From assembly GCF_006345805.1 (NCBI RefSeq), contig NW_021824931.1, positions 1 to 17,076 on the forward strand: a stretch of DNA of 17,076 nt, given 5' to 3'. The notes beneath the pieces are model-generated. The model had not been told where the DNA came from and ran no database searches. It saw nothing but the letters and a program-made list of their open reading frames with translations. The DNA is from Octopus sinensis (Eukaryota). Numbering within the stretch: position 1 is the first letter of the stretch; each line of letters begins with the position of its first letter. Below are positions 10,118 through 17,076 of this stretch, piece after piece. Made by a program: the position numbers and the translations under genes.

Positions 10118-10372
10118 GGAGGCGCGTGGCTTAGTGGTTAGGGTGTCAGCATCATGATCGTAAGATTGTGGTTTCGATTCCTGAACCGGGCGACGCAAAA
10201 CACTTGAGCAAAACACTTCATTTCACGTTGCTCCACTCCACTCAGCTGGCAAAAATGAGTAACGCTGCAATGGACTGGCATCACGTCCTGCTGGAGAACA
10301 CACACGCCATTGAAACCGGGAAACCGGGCCCATGAGTGTGGCTAGGCTTTAAAAGGACGGATTTATTATTTA
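10118..10372 (+). mobile_element. Near full-length tRNA-derived SINE (tRNA head, CORE-like body, V-domain-like tail)
   Basis: A box TGGCTTAGTGG (10127-10137) and B-box-like GGTTTCGATTCC (10170-10181). The body ATTTCACGTTGCTCCACTCCACTCAGCTGGCAAAAA is shared with 10638-10673 (minus). CTGCAATGGACTGGCATCACGTCC resembles the CTGCGATGGACTGGC motif of V-domain SINEs. The tail is a short TTA repeat. Confidence 0.85.
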
Positions 10373-10490
10373 TATATGTGGGGTGGGCATGGTGATGCAA
10401 AAAGGAAAAACAGAACTGAAAATATGAGTATATGTAGATTTTTATTAATATTTAGCAGAACTGACAAAGTGACTCAAGGTTCGATATTTT

Positions 10491-10771
10491 CGCACAACAG
10501 AAAAGCCTGATCGCGAAATTAACATGCAAGTGGCTGAGCACTCCACAGACACGCGTACCTTTTATGGAGGTCTCTGGGAGATTCGGTGTGACACAGTGTG
10601 TGACAAGGCTGGCCCTTTGAAATACAGGTCCAACTCTTTTTTGCCAGCTGAGTGGACTGGAGCAACGTGAAATAAAGTGTCTTGCCCAAGGACAGAAGGA
10701 GTTGCTGGGTATCGAACTCACGAACTTTCGATCATGAGCCGAATACACTAACAACTAAACCACGCACCTTC
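10491..10771 (-). mobile_element. tRNA-derived SINE with the same head and body as 10118-10255 but a different 3' module
   Basis: The reverse complement begins GAAGGTGCGTGGTTTAGTTGTTAG...GAGTTCGATACCC (A/B boxes). Its 3' module ACCTGTATTTCAAAGGGCCAGCCTTGTCAC...TGTCTGTGGAGTGCTCAGCCACTTGCATGTTAATTTC matches 16821-16950. Confidence 0.85.
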
Positions 10772-10804
10772 ATCCGTTCATACATACATATATACATACA
10801 TATA

Positions 10805-11033
10805 TATTTCTTTACTCCCCACATGGGGCTAAACATAGGGGACAAACAAGGACAGAAAAAGGGATTAAGTCGATTATATTGACCCCAGTGCGTAACTGGT
10901 ACTTATTTAATCGACCCCGAAAGGATGAACGGCAAAGTCGACCTTGGCGGAATTTGAACTCAGAACGTAACGGCAGACGAAATACCGCTGAGCATTTCGC
11001 CCTGCGTGCTAACGTTTCTGCCAGCTCACCGCT
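10805..11033 (-). mobile_element. Full-length tRNA-derived SINE (octopus OK-like, Meta-domain-like centre)
   Basis: The reverse complement has GCGGTGAGCTGGCAGAAACGTTAGC (A-box region), GAGTTCAAATTCC (B box), GTCGACTTTGCCGTTCATCCTTTCGGGGTCGATTAAATAAGTACCAG (Meta-like centre) and a tail ending GTAAAGAAATA. It is highly similar to 16395-16578. Confidence 0.9.
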
Positions 11034-12819
11034 TTTATACATACATACATACACATACATGCGTGTACTATAGTGTGTCATGAGGAAGATTTAGTTACTA
11101 TTTCTCTCCGGTTTAAGTATCTCACTTTTTCCGTTGACTTTTACATACTTTTACTACTCATAAGACGGTAGGGTGTGAGATGGTGGGGGATTGGCTGCTA
11201 CATCTATCAGGTTGAGCGACCACGTTAAAGGTCTCCTTCGCTGGTTTCCATGTGACCAGTAAATTTACTCGCTGGCAATCAATTGGAATCAAATCAAATA
11301 TTATAAAAAAGACAAAGAAAAAAAATTTTCCCGTTGTTGTATTCAAGATAATTCCAGTGTTTAGCGATTGCTGCGACATGGTAATTTTACAGAGCAAAAC
11401 AACGTCTAAGACCCACCCTCACCGTGTTTCGAAATCGTTGCGTTTTTAAGGATATATTTTGTTGGGAATTTTTGCAAGAATTTTTTTATGTTGCGTTGAA
11501 GGAAAAACAAAGAAACAAAACTCACAAACCGTCATCGAGAGTGAGACATTGAGCGAGGTGGAGAAGAAAAACTACAAATCTAAATATTAGGGAATTTTCT
11601 AATTATATTTTATTATTTTCATAGGAAGGGAGCTTCAATTATATTGTTTATTTTTTTAGGCGTTTTAAGGGAATTTTTTTCTCAGGAATTTTTTCTTGGG
11701 TTTGTGAACATGTATGTGTGTGTGTGAGTCTGGGTCTTTTTATGGCAAATGGAATACTTCGATTTTGATTCTTGATGTTTTCGGGTGTTTGTTTTTATAA
11801 TTATGAATCGTTCTTTATTTTTATCTTTTTGTATTTATCGATTATCAACTTACTGATTGTCAACTCTACACATTTTCACACTCCACCAAGGAACCATACA
11901 TTGATGGTTCACACTCGTACATACACACACACAGGCAAACATACATTCGTTCATATATCATGGACACACACACATTGACACGCAGCTCGTACGTTCACAT
12001 ATACACACCCATCACAAGCAAATGTGTGTGCGCGAGTCTAAATGTATATGTGCATATGCGTGCATATATGTATATGTGTGTATGTACGTGTGTAGTCACG
12101 AGTTTTTGCTATTGCTATTTTTTAATTTTTTTTTTTAGTAAAATATATCAATTTTGGTGTGTGACGACATTAAATGCTGAAATTGTAGTCCTGCTTCGCA
12201 TTGTCATATCATTATTGTTAACAACGACCTTGGCAAGACGCGAAGGTTACAGCTGGGAAAACGGTGGATTTATGTTCGGGGTAGTGGACTTTGTTAATGT
12301 AAGGGGTGGGGTGGGGTGGTGGTGGTGGTCGGAGTTGTGGCATTGGTGGCGGCAGTGGTAGGGTTGAGTGTGGTCGTGAACATCAATTTTGATGGCAATC
12401 GGTAATAACTAGGGATTTCGTGGTGGATTCTTCGCCAACAACAAAAAATAAAAATGATTTTTTTTTAAAACAAAGACAAATCTTTGCCAAAACGCATTCG
12501 ATGAGAAATAATTACATAATAACAGTAATAATATCGGTTATGATGATGATGAGAAAAATGATGAAGACGGTGATGATGATAACGATGATGGTGATGGTGG
12601 TGGTGGACGAGAAGGATCGTTCTTTTTGTTTCAAGAACAAAACAAAAGAACCAACAACAACGCAACAACAACAGTTTAAGACAATCGTAACGCCATAACT
12701 ACAAACCCGTCAAATGCTCAAACAAGCAAACAAATTCGGAAAGTGATGCGACGAGGGGCGAAGTGCGGATGGTTTTCAATTTAAAAACAACCGCTTATTA
12801 CATGTTGTAATGTTCATTC

Positions 12820-12824
12820 ATATA

Positions 12825-12864
<40 letters not shown>

Positions 12865-12877
12865 GTATATATATGTA

Positions 12878-12941
<64 letters not shown>

Positions 12942-13209
12942 GTATGTATATGTGTAATTTTTGTGTTTCTGGGTGAGGAGCGTAAGTTTATGAAGGCAGA
13001 CAGAACTAAGTTAAGTATAATTAAATGACAAAAAAAAACACACAATAAAATATAATCGCGGAGAGAATAATCGAAGGAAAAAAAGATACTATACAAATAA
13101 CTCAAGCGTAAATACATATATATGTATGTGCGTGTACGAATATATACGCATATATTGTATATGTGTGTGTATGTATGTATATATACTATATGTGTATATC
13201 AATTTCTCT

Positions 13210-13246
<37 letters not shown>

Positions 13247-13248
13247 CC

Positions 13249-13296
<48 letters not shown>

Positions 13297-13307
13297 ATAT
13301 ATATATA

Positions 13308-13365
<58 letters not shown>
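12820..13365. repeat. Two long (TA)n microsatellites
   Basis: (TA)n at ~12820-12950 and ~13214-13363. Confidence 0.95.
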
Positions 13366-13615
13366 GATGTAGTATTGTTTGTGTCATTGCTCGGTGCTAA
13401 TGTTATTGGAAATTGCACACCTTCTTGTATATTTTAATTCCTTGTGGGTTTTTTCGCGTTTTTTTTTCTTCTTATAATATTTTTTTTCGTTTTTGCTTTT
13501 CATTATAAATGTTTCTTTTTTTTTTCTTTTTTTTTCAAAAATGGCGAAAATATTAGTGTTGATGGAATTACATCTTGATCACAATCGAACACACTAACAG
13601 ATGCATAAAGACACA

Positions 13616-13618
<3 letters not shown>

Positions 13619-13653
<35 letters not shown>

Positions 13654-13665
13654 CACACACACACA
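13619..13665. repeat. Compound (CT)n(CA)n microsatellite
   Basis: Directly visible. Confidence 0.95.
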
Positions 13666-13943
13666 CCATGCACACATACACATACACACTCACGTATAGA
13701 AGCAAATATGCAAACAGACTCACAGATGAGCGCATACATACAAAGAATCCGTGCACTCATGCTTATACACGATCCACAGGAAGATGTGAATACCTGTATA
13801 AGTGTGTGTGTGTATGTGCGTGCGAGTGTGTGTGTATGTGTGTGTGTATGTGTTTGTGTGCACGCACATTCTCACTGACATACACGCTAAGCCCACTCTC
13901 TCTTACATTTTGTCTCTTACACGTACATATACAGATATGTATA

Positions 13944-14110
13944 GGCGTAGACACGGTTGTGTGGTAAGAAGCTTGGTTCCCGACCACATGGTTCTGGGTT
14001 CAGTTCCACTGTGTGGAACATGGAGGCGAGGGACTTCTACTATGGCCTCCATCCGAGCAAAAATCTCATGGGTGCATTTAGAAGAAGGAAACTGAAAGAA
14101 CCCCATCGTG
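13944..14110 (+). mobile_element. Diverged 5' half of the OR-like CORE SINE
   Basis: Colinear with 9520-9683 (TGTGTGGTAAG..GCTTG..ACCACATGGTTCTGGGTTCAGT.CCACTG...GGAAACTGAAA). It ends in the internal (TA)n. Confidence 0.85.
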
Positions 14111-14131
14111 TATGTATATATATATATATAT

Positions 14132-14168
14132 ATGACGATGTTGATGATGGTGATGGTGGTAGTGGTGG

Positions 14169-14210
<42 letters not shown>

Positions 14211-14247
14211 CGATGATGTTGATGATGATGGTAGTGGTGATGATGAT
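14132..14247. repeat. (GAT)n/(GGT)n trinucleotide microsatellite
   Basis: Directly visible. It gives the spurious poly-D, poly-M and poly-S ORFs. Confidence 0.95.
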
Positions 14248-14546
14248 AAGTAGAAGAACAGCAGAAACAAAAAGAACAGTAACAACTATCGGCAGCAGGT
14301 TATTTTATAAGAAAAATAATAACAATGAAAGTAAGTATACAGATAACGAAAGCAGGGCATTAACTATGAGGAAGTCACGTTAAAAGAAGAGGAGGAAGAG
14401 GAGGAAGACGGGGGAAGAGTTTGAACTTAATATGGCCGATGTTTAAAAAAACCATCGAGGTGAGGAGTAACAAATAATATTAATCTCAGTTGTGAAGAAA
14501 TACGTAGAAGTCTAAAACCAAGTAAATGAAAATGAAAGTGGAATAG

Positions 14547-14592
14547 ATTATTATTATTATTGTTGTTGTTGTTGTTGTCGTTGTTGTTGTTA

Positions 14593-14624
<32 letters not shown>

Positions 14625-14667
14625 GCTGTTTGTTGTTGGTGGTGGTGTTGTTGTTGTTGTTGTTGTT
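14547..14667. repeat. (ATT)n then (GTT)n microsatellite
   Basis: Directly visible. Confidence 0.95.
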
Positions 14668-15172
14668 AATGAGTGAGAGAGCAGTGCATGACATCAAAAT
14701 GACACTTGGGTAAAATATGCAAAGCCCAGTATACCCATCATGACTACCCGTCTAATAAGGGTACACCAGGCACATCCATCACAACCATATGTGCGCGACA
14801 TGATGATCTCATATCAAGATAAACAGCACATGACCTTGCAGATGGGGGCCCAGTTAGAATTTTCTTCAGGTCGAGTAACCCATCCCGCTCAAAAGGTCCC
14901 TGAATAAGGGTTGTTTAAGGAAGTTGAACAAAACACACATGTTTTCAGAGGTGAATTATTCCAGCCCCAAAGAATCCCTCTCAACACATGACTATGATGC
15001 TCCCCCACTACTTCTGCTCGTGATCAGAGATGCACATACCGTCAGCCACTAAGAGACATGCTCAACTGGTTATGGTCAAACAACCGGCAAGCAAACCTGT
15101 GGTATTGAGCAGAATATTTGCTGTAGCCCATCTTTTATACCAAGACAAAACAATGTACATAATAACACTTCC
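14668..15172 (-). mobile_element. Probable 3' end or 3' UTR of a non-LTR retroelement (about 500 bp), family unassigned
   Basis: A high-complexity block sharply bounded by trinucleotide microsatellites. On the minus strand it ends CTCTCTCACTCATT followed by an (AAC)n/(AAT)n tail. It resembles an interspersed repeat I recall from octopus DNA, but there is no second copy in the window and no recognisable protein motif. Confidence 0.55.
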
Positions 15173-15192
15173 ATATTATCATCATTATTATT

Positions 15193-15233
<41 letters not shown>

Positions 15234-15254
15234 TATTATTATATTATTATTACT

Positions 15255-15333
15255 TTTTTTTTTCTTCTTTCAAATTTTCTTCCATTTCTTGCCGAGTGTC
15301 TTCCCGACTCCTAGGGCAAAGAAACTCATAGTA
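15255..15333 (-). mobile_element. Very short 5'-truncated retroelement 3' end between (AAT)n-type tracts
   Basis: The reverse complement TACTATGAGTTTCTTTGCCCTAGGAGTCGGGAAGACACTCGGCAAGAAATGGAAGAAAATTTGAAAGAAG is followed by an A-run and TAATAATAAT, with TAA repeats on both sides. This layout fits a TAA-targeting element; the family assignment is inference. Confidence 0.45.
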
Positions 15334-15335
15334 TA

Positions 15336-15337
<2 letters not shown>

Positions 15338-15390
<53 letters not shown>

Positions 15391-15512
15391 GACGGTACGC
15401 TGAAACATTGGGGTCGACCTATTCCACTAGCTCCCCCCACCGCAAATTTAAGTTTCTGTGACTGTAAGAGAAGGTATTAATTTGTCGTCATCGTCATCAT
15501 CATCATCATCAT

Positions 15513-15547
<35 letters not shown>

Positions 15548-15565
15548 TCATCATCATCATCATTA
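15338..15565. repeat. (TAT)n and (CAT)n/(CAG)n microsatellites flanking a short degenerate SINE remnant
   Basis: (TAT)n at 15338-15388; TGGGGTCGACC-containing remnant at ~15390-15480 resembling the OK-like tail; (CAT)/(CAG) at 15485-15565. Confidence 0.75.
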
Positions 15566-16194
15566 TTGCTATCATTGTTGTTGCTGGTCTTGCTTTTTTT
15601 TTTTCTCCTTTTAATTTTAAAAAAATTTTCTAATCGTGCGTTAAAAGACTCTACTGGATGAAAATACAATCTTCTAATTTAAGTTTGTGATAATTTTTAA
15701 AGATAGAATTTGAATGGGAAACGATGTTATCATGTATGTGTTGAATTGAGCTTTTTGGTGTGGTGGGGATGGAAAATAATTTTGATAATGCCACAACATC
15801 AGTTAGGATTAATATGACTGAAAATATTCCATCGTGATATTATCTTGATAACGAGACCAAGAAAAAGCAGAAACGTCGATAGTGCAGAGAGATAGAGAAT
15901 ATTATAATTTCTCCACACCCGATCGAGTTGACGAAACTCATTAGCTAACTAGAAAACCTTCTAATTATGTATTCAATTTATATAGCAATAAATGGAAAGA
16001 AAAATGGAAGACAATGCTGCTGGCTGCGAAAGCGTCGACAAACAAATACATGCTGTATTATACAGAGAAATAGGCGTCTGGAATGAAGAATGAATGTAGA
16101 AAGGGCATTTTATGGTGTTTATATGCGTTTTGGAAAAATGATTGTAAAAAACATGATTGTACCGATAAAACGATGAAAATAAATGATTTTCGTG

Positions 16195-16334
16195 GCGCTC
16201 CGTCGGTTACGACGACGAGGGTCCCAGTTGATCCTATCAACGGAACAGCTTGCTTGTGAAATTAACGTACAACTGGCTGAGCATTCCATAGATTCGTGTA
16301 CCCTTAAGGTAGTTCTAGGGGAGATTCAGCTGAC
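16195..16334 (-). mobile_element. 3' module of a SINE (5'-truncated), inverted relative to 16737-17003
   Basis: 16198-16222 is the exact reverse complement of 16972-16996 (25 nt), and similarity continues over about 140 bp. Confidence 0.9.
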
Positions 16335-16339
16335 GGAGA

Positions 16340-16578
16340 GTCTGTCCTTATTTGTCCTCTCTGTGTTTAGGCCCTTGTGGGTAGTAAAGAAATAGGTATT
16401 TCGTCTGCCGCTACGTTCTGAGTTCAAATTCCGCCGAGGTCGACTTTGCCTTTCATCCTTTCGGGGTCGATCAAATAAATACCAGTTACGCACTGGGGTC
16501 GGTGTAATCGACTTAATCCGTTTGTCTGTCCTTGTTTGTCCCCTCTATGTTTAGCCCCTTGTGGGCAATAAAGAAATA
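16340..16578 (+). mobile_element. OK-like SINE-derived tandem unit lacking the A-box head (about 1.3 units, period 184 bp)
   Basis: Tail 16340-16394 is repeated at 16524-16578. The junction reads AAAGAAATA|GGTATTTCGTCTGCC. The body matches 10805-10986 on the minus strand. Confidence 0.9.
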
Positions 16579-16580
16579 AA

Positions 16581-16632
16581 GAGCTTGCTTCCCGACCACA
16601 TTCTAAAGGGTTTAGTCTCAATGCGTGACACC
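16581..16632 (+). mobile_element. Degenerate fragment of the OR-like SINE head
   Basis: AGCTTGCTTCCCGACCACAT...GGGTTTAGTCTCAATGCGTGACACC resembles 9546-9597. Confidence 0.6.
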
Positions 16633-16736
16633 ATTTTTTCCATTCGAGTCAATGCAGAATTACTATAAGTATTTACGGAATATTGATTTAGTGTCGAGTG
16701 ACTTTTGGGCAATCGAGTATATGTATATATCTATGT

Positions 16737-17003
16737 GAGGCCCCGGCAGGGGATGGTGGTGATCCCTGCTGTACTCTTTCACCACAACTTTCTCTCACTC
16801 TTACTTCCTGTTTCCGTTGTACCTGTATTTCAAAGGGCCGGCCTTGTCACTCTCTGTGTCACACTGAATATCCCCGAGAACTACGTTAAGGGTGCACGTG
16901 TCTGTGGAGTGCTCAGCCACTTACACGTTAATTTCACGAGCAGGCTGTTCCATTGATTCGGATCAACCGGAACCCTCGTCGTCGTAACCGACGGAGTGCT
17001 TCC
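16737..17003 (+). mobile_element. 5'-truncated SINE with the same 3' module as 10491-10628 but a different upstream body
   Basis: From ACCTGTATTTCAAAGGGCC (16821) onward it matches the reverse complements of 10491-10628 and 16195-16334. Segment 16737-16820 is unrelated to the body of the 10491-10771 copy. Confidence 0.85.
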
Positions 17004-17076
17004 ACCCATCTATGTGTGTGTATGTTATTTTCTATCTGTGATTGTCCCTCACCCCCGTCCTCCACCACCATCACCG

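Noticed and set aside
10118-10195. tRNA gene
   Set aside because: A and B boxes are present, but the acceptor and anticodon stems do not pair properly and the sequence continues into a SINE body.
10196-10219. Direct repeat GCAAAACACTT-GA-GCAAAACACTT
   Set aside because: A small local slippage duplication inside a SINE with no evident function.

Overview
AT-rich, repeat-dense, apparently non-coding eukaryotic DNA. It is most likely from an octopus (coleoid cephalopod); this is inferred from the tRNA-derived SINE families I recognise and the very high microsatellite density, not from a database search. No intact protein-coding gene can be supported: almost all ORF-track entries are translations of microsatellites or repeats. 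The window contains: (1) two decayed non-LTR retrotransposon ORFs, a CR1/L2-group RT 3' end (minus, ~695-1392) and an R4/Dong-like RT-end plus restriction-like endonuclease (plus, ~8010-9270); (2) about ten SINE copies or fragments from several modular families, including two inverted pairs and one 184-bp tandem duplication; (3) two copies of a short element that ends at (TA)n tracts and carries a variant hammerhead-ribozyme-like motif typical of Penelope-like retroelements or retrozymes; (4) several unique islands with good splice signals but in-frame stops, which may be non-coding or UTR exons. The hammerhead-like element is the best lead for something under-described. The exon and RNA-editing ideas are speculative. 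Repeat boundaries are approximate and were read by eye.
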